From NCBI GenBank assembly GCA_013177935.1, contig JABLXZ010000004.1, forward strand, positions 340,059 to 404,058: a DNA stretch of 64,000 nucleotides, written 5' to 3'. The position numbers and the translations under genes were made by a program. The DNA is from a candidate division WOR-3 bacterium. Its GTDB lineage: Bacteria; Hydrothermota; Tepidihabitantia; Tepidihabitantales; Tepidihabitantaceae. The notes below the pieces were generated by a model. That model was not told where the DNA came from. It did no database searches and saw only the letters and a program-made list of their open reading frames with translations. Shown piece after piece: positions 1-9,996 of the stretch (within the stretch, counting starts at the first letter, position 1; every line of letters starts with the position of its first letter).

Positions 1-440
1 CCCCGGGCAAACTCCATCCGGTAAACTTTGCCATCGCGCGCCACCTCTGCCACCAGCCGCGTGGAAAGGGCGTTCACCACCGAAACCCCGACACCATGCA
101 GCCCGCCCGAAATCTGGTAAACCTTGTGCTCAAACTTCGCCCCGGAATGGAGCACGGTCAACACCACCTCAAGCGCCGACTTCTTCTCGGTCGGATGGAT
201 ATCAACCGGAATTCCCCGGCCATTGTCCTCAACCGAAACCTCATTGTCCGAATGAATCGTCACCACCACCTCATCGCAGTAACCGGCAAGCGCCTCATCA
301 ATCGCATTATCCACCACCTCAAAAACGAGATGGTGCAACCCGCGCACGCCGACATCACCGATGTACATCGCCGGGCGGTGCCGAACCGCCTCGAGCCCTT
401 TTAAAACATGGATTTGTGCTGCATTGTATGCCTCTGCCAT
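1..440 (-). CDS. gyrB: DNA gyrase subunit B, N-terminal part (runs off the window)
   Basis: Manual translation from ATG at 440: [28 protein letters not shown]...[14 protein letters not shown]...DNGRGIPVD...[15 protein letters not shown] (GHKL ATPase motifs). Absent from the ORF track because the 3' end is outside the window. Confidence 0.95.
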   Translation of the reverse strand, partial: MAEAYNAAQIHVLKGLEAVRHRPAMYIGDVGVRGLHHLVFEVVDNAIDEALAGYCDEVVVTIHSDNEVSVEDNGRGIPVDIHPTEKKSALEVVLTVLHSGAKFEHKVYQISGGLHGVGVSVVNALSTRLVAEVARDGKVYRMEFAR

Positions 441-472
441 TGTCTTTTATCCTAACAAATCTTTCGGCAAAA

Positions 473-796
473 TCAAGCGGTGTCCGCGCTCCGTTTCAGA
501 AAAAATCTGATGTCGGTTAACTGGCGCGAACCGATATGCTGGGTAATCTTTTCGAGCAACTGGTCTTTAAGAAAGGTCAACTGGGTCATCCATGCTGGTG
601 AATCAACCGCCACTAACAGCGTCTTATCCTCAACGCCGAGCGCCACCGTATGCCGCGCTATCGCCTCGCCCACCACCAACTTCCAGTCGCTAACCGCACG
701 ATAGACCACAATCTTTTCCTCCATCCCCAACTGGCGCAAAACCCGGGGCAAAGTCTCGTGGACCGTTTGAAACCGGCGCAGTTTCTTGCGGCGCAT
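473..796 (-). CDS. DUF721/DciA-family protein
   Basis: W..VVG..IA.HT...L.V.V.S.AW..QL pattern; usual position upstream of gyrB. Confidence 0.8.
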   Translation of the reverse strand: MRRKKLRRFQTVHETLPRVLRQLGMEEKIVVYRAVSDWKLVVGEAIARHTVALGVEDKTLLVAVDSPAWMTQLTFLKDQLLEKITQHIGSRQLTDIRFFLKRSADTA

Positions 797-955
797 ATTT
801 ACTTATACCGGCAGAACCGCCCCGGGTCAAGGACACCCAAATTCGTTAAAAAATGTCGGAACACCCACCATTCTTTGCAAAAATAATGTACCGGTATGTT
901 GCCCGGCTTTGCTGAAACAGTGCACGGACCGGTTGCCTTTCTTCACAAAAATAGT

Positions 956-982
956 GTACCGGCACATTGCAATGTGCCCCTC
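956..982. repeat. REP-like palindrome (GTAG/CTAC-type family)
   Basis: Perfect 18-bp palindrome GGCACATTGCAATGTGCC at 961-978; degenerate copies at 7029, 7071, 16208 and 62958. Confidence 0.6.
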
Positions 983-1016
983 TGGACTTCAACCCCACCG
1001 CTTGTTAAACTGTAAT

Positions 1017-1928
1017 GTGCTCACGCGCAAGTCAACCGATACAACCAGACTGGCGCTCAAACCGGAACTGGTGGCGAAACTCAAAGGCATTGACTTAAAG
1101 GCGCGGCTTGTGGTTGAAGGGTTTCTCGCCGGGTTGCACCGCTCGCCTTACAAGGGCTTCTCGGTTGAATTTACCGAACACCGTCCCTATATGCCGGGCG
1201 ATGAACTGAAACGCATCGACTGGCGCGTCTATGGTAGAACCGACCGCTTTTTTATCCGCGAGTTTGAAGAGGAGACCAACCTCCGCGCCTACCTCCTCCT
1301 TGACGCCTCAGGCTCAATGCACTACCCACCGGGTACCATTACCAAACTGGACTACAGCCGCTGGCTTGCTGCCAGCCTTGCCTATCTTCTTACCCGGCAG
1401 AAAGACTCGGTTGGCTTGGTCATCTTCACCGACCGCATCAACCGCTACATTCCGCCCCGCGCCACCGGTGCCCACCTCCGCATCATCTTCCGGGAACTGG
1501 AAAACACAAAACCGGGCGGTGACACCAGCCTCGGCAACACCCTGCACCAGCTTGCGGAACGGCTCAAGCGCCGCGGGCTTGTCATCATCATCTCCGACCT
1601 CTGGGACAACCAAACCGAGGTGCTTGCCGGTCTGCGCCACTTCCGGGCACGCAAACACGAACTCCTCCTGTTCCACATCTTCCACCCCGATGAAGCGAAC
1701 CTGAACTTTCCCACCCCGCTCCTTTTGCGCGATTTGGAAACCGGCGCCGAACTGACCGTTGACCCCCGCCTTCTCAAAACGCGCTATCAGGAAAGTTTTC
1801 GCCAGCGCAGCGCCGAGTTCAAAAAGGGTTGCAACGAAGCCCGTATCGACTATCAACCCCTGTCCCTTGCCACACCCTTTGACCAGGCGCTCCTCAAATA
1901 CCTTGAGCGCCGGCGCCGTTTGTCCTAA
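1017..1928 (+). CDS. DUF58 / vWA-domain protein (MoxR-associated family)
   Basis: G.HRSP.KG.SVEF.EHR.Y.PGD..K.IDW, LLLDASGSM. Start moved from 786 to GTG 1017 because TGGACT-N17-TAAACT (983-1011) lies just upstream. Confidence 0.9.
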   Translation: MLTRKSTDTTRLALKPELVAKLKGIDLKARLVVEGFLAGLHRSPYKGFSVEFTEHRPYMPGDELKRIDWRVYGRTDRFFIREFEEETNLRAYLLLDASGSMHYPPGTITKLDYSRWLAASLAYLLTRQKDSVGLVIFTDRINRYIPPRATGAHLRIIFRELENTKPGGDTSLGNTLHQLAERLKRRGLVIIISDLWDNQTEVLAGLRHFRARKHELLLFHIFHPDEANLNFPTPLLLRDLETGAELTVDPRLLKTRYQESFRQRSAEFKKGCNEARIDYQPLSLATPFDQALLKYLERRRRLS

Positions 1929-3803
1929 ATGCGGTTCCTTGCCCCGGGATTTCTCCTTCTTTTGCCCCTTGCCTTCCTGCCGGTCCTCATCCACCTTTTG
2001 AGCCGGCTCCGGCTGCGCCGGCTTTCCTTTCCTTCTTTACTTCTCTTGCAAACCGTGCGCCGCGAGCGCTTCTCCTGGCTCCGGTTGCGGGAAATTGTCC
2101 TGCTGATTTTGCGCACCCTCGCCCTCCTCTTCCTCCTTTTTGCCCTTACCCGTCCCTACCTGCTCCGCCTCCTGCCGGGCTTAAAAAGCGAAGACCTCAT
2201 CATCATCCTTGACGACTCCTACAGTATGGGTTATGGTGACCGCTGGCATCACGCCCGGCGCGCCGCCCAGCAGTTTGTCCGTGCCGCAACCCGTGTCCGG
2301 CTCATCCTTACCAGCCAGCCCGACACCGTCTTCACCGGAATAAAAACCCTGCGCGCTCTTCTTGACACCATCACGCCTTCCCACGCCGCCCCGGCTCTGA
2401 CCCCGGCACTGGTACGCGCCTTTACCGAAAGCCGCACCGGCACCCCACCGCTGGTGCTCATCACCGACCTCCAGCGTTCTGCTCTCCCGGAAACCGGTTT
2501 GACCAAACCGCCTGCGCCGCTCCACATCGTCCATCTCGGCAGCCCAAAATTTGTCAACGCCGGTATCGGACGCCTTTACCTTGACAACCACTTTATCAGG
2601 GCGGAAATCGCCAACTACAGCACCCAGCCCATCACCCGCACCGTTCGCCTCCACCGCAACAGCAATGTTGAAGAGCAGACGGTTAACATCGCACCCCGCA
2701 GCACCGTTACCGTTTCATTTACCACACCCGGTGCCGGTCCCGGACTGGACACCGGCTTTGTCCAGATTACCGCCGACTCACTACCTCTTGACGACACCCG
2801 CTACTTCGCCTTCAACATCCCGGCAAAAGTGCCCGTCCTCGTTGTCCGCAGCCCCGCGGTCCCGGACCGCTACCTTAACCTTGTCCTTGCCGCCGACAGC
2901 ACCGGACCATTTTTACCCACCACCGTTGACCGTAACGAACTGAGCCGGCTCGACCTGCGCCGCTTCCCGCTCCTCATCATCACCGATGCCGCAATTTTGC
3001 AACCCGGCGACTGGGACCGGATTGATTTTTACCTTACCGCGGGTGGTGCCGCGCTCATCATCGCCGGTACCCCGCTTCCGGACCCTTCCGGACTCAACCG
3101 CTTCCTGACAGTTCAGGGCTTCAACCGACCTGCCGGTTTTTTAACCGTTGCCCGGGTTGACACCACCCATCCCATCCTCAACATCTTCCATCCCCGCGAC
3201 TTCGCCACCACTCGCTTCTTTGCCACCAACCGCCTTACCGGCGGCAAAAACCTCGTCTTTCTTTCCAGCGGCGACCCGCTCATAGTTGAAATACCGGAAA
3301 AAAACCTGATTGTCTGGACCTTTGCCCCGGCACCCTTTGCTACCGATTTGGTGTTTAAGGCACCCTTTGCCCCGCTTTTCATCCGCACGCTGACCTACCT
3401 TGTTACCACGTTACGCACTGAATACATCGTCGGCGACACTGTCACCCTGCCGGTAAAGAGCCTCGCTCCGGTAACATTGTCAACACCATCGGGCAACATG
3501 CTAATTTCACCTCAACCCGGACAACCGCGTCCTAAAATTGTTTTCACCGACACCCGGAATCCGGGAATTTACCGCCTTGACAGCCTTGCGTTTGCGGTCA
3601 ACCCTGATGCCCGGGAAGGCGACCTGACCCCGATTTCTAACAACCTCCTGCCTCGCACCGGGATTACGATACAAACTCAGGCGGTTCCCACCGCGGACTT
3701 AACCGCACTGCTCTTATTTCTTGCCCTGCTGGCGTTTCTGATGGAAATGGTTATTCTTGTCTCTGAGGTTTTATTTCAGAAAAGAAGCCCGGTACGCAGA
3801 TAG
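1929..3803 (+). CDS. BatA N-terminal domain + vWA membrane protein
   Basis: N-terminal F..P..LL.L...PVLIHL...FPSL..L (BatA); DDSYSM MIDAS-like motif; C-terminal TM helix. Confidence 0.85.
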   Translation: MRFLAPGFLLLLPLAFLPVLIHLLSRLRLRRLSFPSLLLLQTVRRERFSWLRLREIVLLILRTLALLFLLFALTRPYLLRLLPGLKSEDLIIILDDSYSMGYGDRWHHARRAAQQFVRAATRVRLILTSQPDTVFTGIKTLRALLDTITPSHAAPALTPALVRAFTESRTGTPPLVLITDLQRSALPETGLTKPPAPLHIVHLGSPKFVNAGIGRLYLDNHFIRAEIANYSTQPITRTVRLHRNSNVEEQTVNIAPRSTVTVSFTTPGAGPGLDTGFVQITADSLPLDDTRYFAFNIPAKVPVLVVRSPAVPDRYLNLVLAADSTGPFLPTTVDRNELSRLDLRRFPLLIITDAAILQPGDWDRIDFYLTAGGAALIIAGTPLPDPSGLNRFLTVQGFNRPAGFLTVARVDTTHPILNIFHPRDFATTRFFATNRLTGGKNLVFLSSGDPLIVEIPEKNLIVWTFAPAPFATDLVFKAPFAPLFIRTLTYLVTTLRTEYIVGDTVTLPVKSLAPVTLSTPSGNMLISPQPGQPRPKIVFTDTRNPGIYRLDSLAFAVNPDAREGDLTPISNNLLPRTGITIQTQAVPTADLTALLLFLALLAFLMEMVILVSEVLFQKRSPVRR

Positions 3804-4147
3804 TCGGCATAGCGCCGGAAAATCGACTCATCCTCAAGAATCGCAATCCGGGATATCACCACCATCCCGCCTTCGGCATTGACCTTGAGCCCAAAAGCCT
3901 GATGACCCGGTTCGCGCACCACATAGCCGATTTCGTAAACCTCCTCCGCCTTCTGATAGCCCCGACCGGTAACCTGCTCCATAAACCAGGCAAGGTTGTC
4001 CGCTACCGCGGTCAATGCCGGCATCGGAGCAAAGGGATTTAATAGCGGGATTAAAATAACCTCACCGCCCTTGGCGCGCTCATCAACCACCTGGGTCCGG
4101 TCAATCTCAACAAATGCCTTTAACTCTTCCGGCGACCTCAACTCCAT
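3776..4147 (-). CDS. hypothetical protein
   Basis: 123-aa ORF starting 3 bp after the M20 gene stop, with a GGAG SD-like site. Confidence 0.7.
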   Translation of the reverse strand: MELRSPEELKAFVEIDRTQVVDERAKGGEVILIPLLNPFAPMPALTAVADNLAWFMEQVTGRGYQKAEEVYEIGYVVREPGHQAFGLKVNAEGGMVVISRIAILEDESIFRRYADYLRTGLLF

Positions 4148-4150
4148 CGC

Positions 4151-5392
4151 CTAAATCTCCTCGCCATAAAGATAAGCATAAACCTTGGCATTGCCGACCA
4201 TATTGGCGATGACGCAGAACTCATTCGGCTTGTGCGCCTGACCGGCATTTTTGCCCCAGACCACTGCCGGTATCCCCTGACGCCGGAAAAATGCCGCTAC
4301 CGTACCACCGCCAATACCCTTGACAAAAGGCTCAACGCCATACACCGCCCTTACCGCCTTTGCCAGTCTTTGTACCACCGGTGCATCCGCTGGCGTCGGC
4401 GGCGCCGCGGGCGCTGCCTGCTCAATATCAACCTTGACCTTCACCCCGAACTCCTGTTCCACCGTTGCCACCACCTCCTGCACCGTATTCAGCACATCTT
4501 CCAGTTGATAAACCGGCAGAATCCGGCAGTCAAAGTAGAAGATATCCTCCCCTGGAATCGTATTGACATTGGGGACATTCGCCTCCTTTTTCGTCGGCTC
4601 CATCGTCGAATAGGGCGGCGTGAACAACTCGTCCCGGGCATTGAACCTCTCGTGCAAAACCCGGTCCAGTCTGATTAACAGATTGGCACCGGCCCGGTGC
4701 GCGTTGTTGCCATGGTGGGGTGTGGAACCGTGCGCCTGCTGTCCGATGGTCGTAAACTTCATCCAGAGTATTGACTTCTCCGCAATCTCAAGCAATGTGC
4801 CCGCCTCGTTGCCCGCATCCGGCACCACAACCAGGTCCTCTTTATGGCACAACCGGTGATTCTTCAGCAGCCAGTCAACCCCGAAAGACGAACCGGTCTC
4901 CTCATCCGCCACGAGCATCAAACCAACCGGTAAGCGGGGCTTTAGCCCGAGGTCTAAAAGCGCCTTCAGCGCAAAGATACTTGCCACCATCTCCTGTTGA
5001 TTGTCCTCAACACCCCGGCCATAGATTTTGCCGTTCTCCACCCGGGCACAAAACGGGTCTGACTCCCACAACTCCCTTGGTCCGGCTGGCACAACATCAA
5101 GATGGGTCATCACCCAGAGCGTAGGACCAGTGCCTTCCCCTTCCTGCCGCACCACAAGGCTGGGTCGATAACCGCACGGTGCCAGCGGGTCTGGCGCGCG
5201 AAACTCCTCAAACTCAAGCCCCCAGCCCGCCAGAACCCCTTTTAGATACTCAACCCTTGCCTTTTCGCCTTCCCCACCCGATTTCGGGCTGATTGCCGGC
5301 AGCGCCACGAGCCGACGCTGCATCTCCACCATCTCCGGCTCCAGCGCCTCAATCCGCTGCACGATTTTATCAAATATTTCCTTGTCCCACAT
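4151..5392 (-). CDS. M20 family metallohydrolase (DapE/ArgE-like)
   Basis: THLDVVP, GRGVEDN, DEETGS, AH.PNE metal-binding motifs. Confidence 0.9.
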   Translation of the reverse strand: MWDKEIFDKIVQRIEALEPEMVEMQRRLVALPAISPKSGGEGEKARVEYLKGVLAGWGLEFEEFRAPDPLAPCGYRPSLVVRQEGEGTGPTLWVMTHLDVVPAGPRELWESDPFCARVENGKIYGRGVEDNQQEMVASIFALKALLDLGLKPRLPVGLMLVADEETGSSFGVDWLLKNHRLCHKEDLVVVPDAGNEAGTLLEIAEKSILWMKFTTIGQQAHGSTPHHGNNAHRAGANLLIRLDRVLHERFNARDELFTPPYSTMEPTKKEANVPNVNTIPGEDIFYFDCRILPVYQLEDVLNTVQEVVATVEQEFGVKVKVDIEQAAPAAPPTPADAPVVQRLAKAVRAVYGVEPFVKGIGGGTVAAFFRRQGIPAVVWGKNAGQAHKPNEFCVIANMVGNAKVYAYLYGEEI

Positions 5393-5398
5393 CGGTTC

Positions 5399-5427
5399 AT
5401 AATAGCGGGTTTAAACCGTCCGGTCAA
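5399..5427 (-). promoter_or_regulatory. sigma70 promoter, probably leaderless, of the M20 gene
   Basis: TTGACC-N17-TATTAT-N6-ATG. Confidence 0.65.
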
Positions 5428-5435
5428 TACCGGTT

Positions 5436-6560
5436 TTATCCAAGAACCGGAAGCCAGAAATAGAATGTTGAACCTTTACCCGGCTCGGACTCGGCGCCGA
5501 TAAACCCCTTGTGCGCCTCGATTATCTGCCGGCAAATCGCCAATCCCAGACCCGTAGAACGCTCACCCGCGGTGCTCCGGACACTGGTCTTCTGAAACGG
5601 CTTGAACAACTTTTTCATCTCATCTGCCGGAATTCCCTGGCCCTGGTCTTTTACCGCCACCCGCACCCCGCCATTCTCCTTACCCACCCGCACCGACACC
5701 TTCGTACCCGGCGCCGAGAACTTAAACGCATTACTCAAAAAGTTGTTGAGCACCTGGGTAATACGTGCCGGGTCCGCATACACCCGCACGCCATCGTCTT
5801 CAATCACCAGTTTCAGTTCAATCCCCTTCTGCGCGCCTAACATCCGGTTCTCCTCAATGTTCTTCGCCACCAGTTCTGTCAACTCCACCGGTTCCAGATT
5901 CAACTCAATCTGCCCCGCCTCAATCCGGGTGAAGTCCAGCAAGTCGTTGATTAAATTAACCATAAATTCGGCGTTCGCCTTAATCCGCTCGATAAACTCC
6001 AACTTCTTCTCATCGGGTAATGAAGCGCCCGCCTCCTCTAAGAGAAAACCGGCACAGGTGATTATCACTGTCAGTGGATTACGCAGGTCGTGCGCCGCCA
6101 TACCGAGAAACTGATTCTTCAACTCGCTCAACTTTGCCAGCTGGGTGTTCTTCTCTGCCAGTTCCAGCTCCTGACGTTTCCGCTCCAGTGCATAGCGCAA
6201 ACTGCGCACCAGCCCCCGGCTATCAATATGCCCCTTTACCAGATAGTCCTGTGCCCCCATCTTTGCCACTGCCACCGCCATCTCTTCGTCATCCAGCCCG
6301 GTCATAATCACAATCGGCACCTGCGGCGCCACAGTATTGACGCGCGCTACCGTCTCCAGCCCCTTACTGTCCGGTAGCGATAGGTCAAGCAGCACCACAT
6401 CAAAACTCTCTTCCTTCAGCCGTTGCGTTGCCTCCTCACACCGTACCAGATGGGTGATTTCAAACCTGCCGCCATCCGCCTCCGCTATTGTCTCTTTCAC
6501 GAGTCGGGCATCACCGGGATTGTCTTCAACCAGAAGAATCCGTAACCTTTCACCAACCAT
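5436..6560 (-). CDS. hybrid receiver-histidine kinase
   Basis: REC domain (LVEDN, LLDLSLP) followed by H-box AHDLRNPL, N-box NAFKF and G boxes. Confidence 0.92.
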   Translation of the reverse strand: MVGERLRILLVEDNPGDARLVKETIAEADGGRFEITHLVRCEEATQRLKEESFDVVLLDLSLPDSKGLETVARVNTVAPQVPIVIMTGLDDEEMAVAVAKMGAQDYLVKGHIDSRGLVRSLRYALERKRQELELAEKNTQLAKLSELKNQFLGMAAHDLRNPLTVIITCAGFLLEEAGASLPDEKKLEFIERIKANAEFMVNLINDLLDFTRIEAGQIELNLEPVELTELVAKNIEENRMLGAQKGIELKLVIEDDGVRVYADPARITQVLNNFLSNAFKFSAPGTKVSVRVGKENGGVRVAVKDQGQGIPADEMKKLFKPFQKTSVRSTAGERSTGLGLAICRQIIEAHKGFIGAESEPGKGSTFYFWLPVLG

Positions 6561-6571
6561 CTTATTAAACC

Positions 6572-7015
6572 CTACTCCGGCAACTTGACCACCGTTAGCC
6601 AGAACTCCTGAATCGACTTTATCACCCGGATGAACTGCTCAAAATCGACCGGCTTTGTCACATAGCAGTTGGCATGCAGGTCATAGCTCTTCAGGATATC
6701 CTCCTCCGCCTTGGAAGTAGTAAGAATCACCACCGGTATTCGGCGTAAACTCGGGTCCGCCTTAATTTCTGCCAGAACCTCCTGGCCATTTTTCTTGGGC
6801 AGGTTCAAATCCAGGAGAATTATATCCGGGCGTGGCGCGTCGCTAAACCCGTCCTTCCGATAAAGGAACTTCAGCGCCTCCTCGCCATCCCTCACAATAT
6901 GCAGATTGTTACGCACCTTTGCCTCGCGCAATGCCTCCTGGGTCAAACGGACATCACCCGGATTGTCTTCAACCAAAAGGATTTCAACCGGTGTCCCATT
7001 TTCACCTTTTGTCAT
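6572..7015 (-). CDS. single-domain response regulator (Rcp1-like)
   Basis: [35 protein letters not shown]. Confidence 0.92.
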   Translation of the reverse strand: MTKGENGTPVEILLVEDNPGDVRLTQEALREAKVRNNLHIVRDGEEALKFLYRKDGFSDAPRPDIILLDLNLPKKNGQEVLAEIKADPSLRRIPVVILTTSKAEEDILKSYDLHANCYVTKPVDFEQFIRVIKSIQEFWLTVVKLPE

Positions 7016-7028
7016 TCTCCCTCCTTTC

Positions 7029-7098
7029 GTACGGGCACATTGCCACCTGTTCCTATTTTTCTCCCTTTGTGTACGGGCACACTGCGGCGTGCTCCTAC
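7029..7098. repeat. two tandem degenerate REP-like units
   Basis: GTACGGGCACATTGCCACCTGTTCCTA (7029-7055) and GTACGGGCACACTGCGGCGTGCTCCTAC (7071-7098). Confidence 0.6.
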
Positions 7099-9155
7099 TC
7101 TATTTCGGCGGGCGGCAGGGTAAAGAAAAAAGTTGTCCCCTTACCCACTTCCGACTCAAACCATATTTTGCCGCCGTGCCGCTCAACTATCTTCTTACAA
7201 ACCGCTAAACCGATTCCGGTTCCCGGATACTCCTCCCGGGTGTGCAAACGCTGGAAAATCTCAAAAACCTTTTCCGAAAACTTCGGGTCGATGCCGATGC
7301 CATTGTCCTTGACCGCAAACCGCCACATTCCATCTACCCGCTCTGCCCAGATGTCAACACGCGGCTTCTCCTGGGTGAACTTCAGGGCATTTCCCACCAG
7401 GTTCTGAAACAACTGCTCCAGTTGCCGCTCATCGGCAAGGACCACGGGTAAGGGCTTACTATTGACCTCTGCTCCCTTCTCCTCAATCGCAATTTTCAGA
7501 TTCAGCAGCGCCCGCTTTAGGACTTCGTTACTATCGGTCGGCACCGGTTCCTTACCCCTTGTTCCCACCCGGGAATAGGTCAACAGGTCATTAATCAACC
7601 GCTGCATCCTCGTTACACCATCAACCGCAAAATTGATAAACTCATCGGCATCGCTATCAAGTTTTCCTTTATACCGCCGGGCTAAAAGCCCGACATAACT
7701 GCCCACCATCCGCAACGGCTCCTGCAAATCGTGCGATGCCACATAGGCAAACCGCTCCAGTTCCTGATTGGACCGGCGCAACTCCTCGGTCTTCTCCTGC
7801 AACTTCAATTCCGCCCTTCGCCGCTCGGTGATGTCCTCACCCGAACTCAAGGTACCAACAATTTTGCCCGACTCATCCCTGATTACCACATTGTGCCAGT
7901 GAATCAACCTCTCCTCACCGCTTCGTGTTAAAACCGGATTCTCATACTCGGCAGCCGGTTCAACCTCACCGCGCATCAGCATATCAAACATCGCCCGGGT
8001 TTCATTCCGCACCGTTTCAGGCAAAAAGTTTTCAAACCACTCTTTACCCAAAACCTCATCCTCTTGATAACCCAGCACCTGACGACCCTGACGATTGATT
8101 AAGGTTACTTTACCTTCCCGGTCCAGGGCAACGATAATCACGCCCGCAACATCAAGATACATCTGTGCCCGCTCCTTCTCCTGACGCAACTCCTGCTCCT
8201 GGGCAAAGTAGCGGGTAATCAGCCGGCTCAACTCTCCGAACTCGGACCGGCTCTTGTTAAGTTGTGTCAACCCCTGCGTAGTCCGACGGCTCAAAGCATC
8301 CGTAATCTGCTTAAGCGGTCCTGTCACCCAGAAAACCAGTCCCAATCCAACCGTCAAAACCGTTACCAGTGCCACCACAATCAATACCACCAACTGCTGG
8401 ACAACACCGCGATGGAACTGAACGATAGTTCCACTAACAAACCTCAATTTCAAATCGGCAATCGGTTTACCATCCTCCGCAAGTAGGGTGTGACGAATCA
8501 CAATCAACCCCTGTGCCTGGTTTGTTTTCTCTCCATCACCAGCAGGCGGCACGATTTGCGCCGTGCTATTAACCATTTGTGCCAGTCCATTGACATAACT
8601 GTCATCCCATAACCGGGCAACAAAAAAGACGCCCTGGGGTTCGGTTTTTCGCTCCGGGTCATTAGTTGGATGGATTGTTGCACCCTGCACCTCAACCAGA
8701 CCCAGAGGCGTTCCCGCCCAGAAGTGGCAGAACCGCTCCGAATCACTTAGCATCCTTTTTGCATTGTCCGCAAGCGACAACACTGCTAAACCGTCTTTGC
8801 CTTCCCCAAATGCACTGTAAACCAGTTCCCCTTTTCGGTTGTAAACCCAGGCGCCATCCGCCTGGTAAGTGCCCAATGGTTCTGCGACATTCTCATCAAA
8901 AAACTTCCTGTTCTTATTTCGTACTGCACTAACCATCTCATCCCAGTAGGTGTAGTCGTAGGCAAAATTCTTAAGTGAAGACCCTTTTAACTCCAGCAGC
9001 CGGTTGAAGATATTGTGGAGCGCATACTCCTGGGTGCGGAAAATCGCTCCAACGCGCCTTTTCTCATTCCCGTAGAACATAACCAACCCGACACCGATAA
9101 ACACCACAACCCCCCAAAAAAGCGTGATAAATCTTATCGGCGTGCGCGCAAACAT
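7095..9155 (-). CDS. membrane sensor histidine kinase (CHASE4-like + PAS + Cph1-type kinase)
   Basis: Two TM segments around a DYTYWDE periplasmic domain, a PAS domain, and [14 protein letters not shown]. Confidence 0.9.
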   Translation of the reverse strand: MFARTPIRFITLFWGVVVFIGVGLVMFYGNEKRRVGAIFRTQEYALHNIFNRLLELKGSSLKNFAYDYTYWDEMVSAVRNKNRKFFDENVAEPLGTYQADGAWVYNRKGELVYSAFGEGKDGLAVLSLADNAKRMLSDSERFCHFWAGTPLGLVEVQGATIHPTNDPERKTEPQGVFFVARLWDDSYVNGLAQMVNSTAQIVPPAGDGEKTNQAQGLIVIRHTLLAEDGKPIADLKLRFVSGTIVQFHRGVVQQLVVLIVVALVTVLTVGLGLVFWVTGPLKQITDALSRRTTQGLTQLNKSRSEFGELSRLITRYFAQEQELRQEKERAQMYLDVAGVIIVALDREGKVTLINRQGRQVLGYQEDEVLGKEWFENFLPETVRNETRAMFDMLMRGEVEPAAEYENPVLTRSGEERLIHWHNVVIRDESGKIVGTLSSGEDITERRRAELKLQEKTEELRRSNQELERFAYVASHDLQEPLRMVGSYVGLLARRYKGKLDSDADEFINFAVDGVTRMQRLINDLLTYSRVGTRGKEPVPTDSNEVLKRALLNLKIAIEEKGAEVNSKPLPVVLADERQLEQLFQNLVGNALKFTQEKPRVDIWAERVDGMWRFAVKDNGIGIDPKFSEKVFEIFQRLHTREEYPGTGIGLAVCKKIVERHGGKIWFESEVGKGTTFFFTLPPAEIE

Positions 9156-9881
9156 CTAAAACCCCCTTCCCACGGTTAAACCGAAAACAGCCTGGAACGC
9201 CTCACCCCCGGCACTGCGTAAAACCCGGTCCGGCACAACGCTCAACTCAAGAAACGGTTTGATATCAAGCAATCCTTTTAATGAGTAGTTGAGCCCTGCT
9301 CCAAACTCAATTACATTCAACGCCCAGCGTGCTACCCCGTAATTTATCTCGTTGAACTGTGGTGAACCCCAGCCGCCTGCGAGGGAAAATTCTGGTGCTA
9401 ACCCCCACCCGATTTCCCGGGAAAAAGCACCTCCGACTGTCCCGAAATAACCACCTGCAGAAGGGAAAACCCCAAGATTGTGACCGCTCGTCAACTCAAA
9501 ATCAGCCAGCCCATAAGCGACATTGAGTCCCAGTTCCAGTTCTGGTTTTGTCCAATCATCAGCATAAAAATACCCGGCAGCCGAAGGTTCAAGGGAAAAT
9601 CCCAAAATCTCCTGTTGATAACTGACCGTCAGGTCCAGTTCATTCAAACCCCAGCCATCACCATTCTGTCCCAGTGTGATGTTTGCCCAGGGAGATATCG
9701 TCCAGCCCGCAAAAGAAGCCCAGACCGCAGGTTGCGCCACCGGACCCTGACTCAACCTTAACCCGCGCCACACATAGCACGAACGACCCGACAGTTCTAA
9801 CCCGGATTCAAATGGCAGCCCTGAAACAAAAACCGGAACTAAGGCAAGAAAAACAGCGAACCGCTCCCCGACCTTCGCCAT
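9156..9881 (-). CDS. putative outer-membrane beta-barrel (TorF-like)
   Basis: Signal peptide; YVWRG...QP, ELDL...Y motifs; C-terminal Phe; AGGAGG SD. Confidence 0.6.
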   Translation of the reverse strand: MAKVGERFAVFLALVPVFVSGLPFESGLELSGRSCYVWRGLRLSQGPVAQPAVWASFAGWTISPWANITLGQNGDGWGLNELDLTVSYQQEILGFSLEPSAAGYFYADDWTKPELELGLNVAYGLADFELTSGHNLGVFPSAGGYFGTVGGAFSREIGWGLAPEFSLAGGWGSPQFNEINYGVARWALNVIEFGAGLNYSLKGLLDIKPFLELSVVPDRVLRSAGGEAFQAVFGLTVGRGF

Positions 9882-9951
9882 ATCCCTCCTTTTTTATAAT
9901 TATACCGAACAAAACCCTTTTTGACAAGATTAGCCCAATAGTCACGCTGTA

Positions 9952-9990
9952 TTGACTCCCATAACTCCTGACTTATAATCAGTCAGGAGG
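9952..9990 (+). promoter_or_regulatory. sigma70 promoter with a 9-bp inverted repeat straddling the -10 box
   Basis: TTGACT-N16-TATAAT; CTCCTGACT (9965-9973) and AGTCAGGAG (9981-9989). Confidence 0.65.
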
Positions 9991-9996
9991 TCAGAA

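Noticed and set aside
96..404. Plus-strand 102-aa ORF
   Set aside because: Antisense shadow of gyrB.
786..1016. N-terminal extension of the DUF58 ORF
   Set aside because: Overlaps the divergent gene start, two promoters and a REP-like palindrome; not protein-like.
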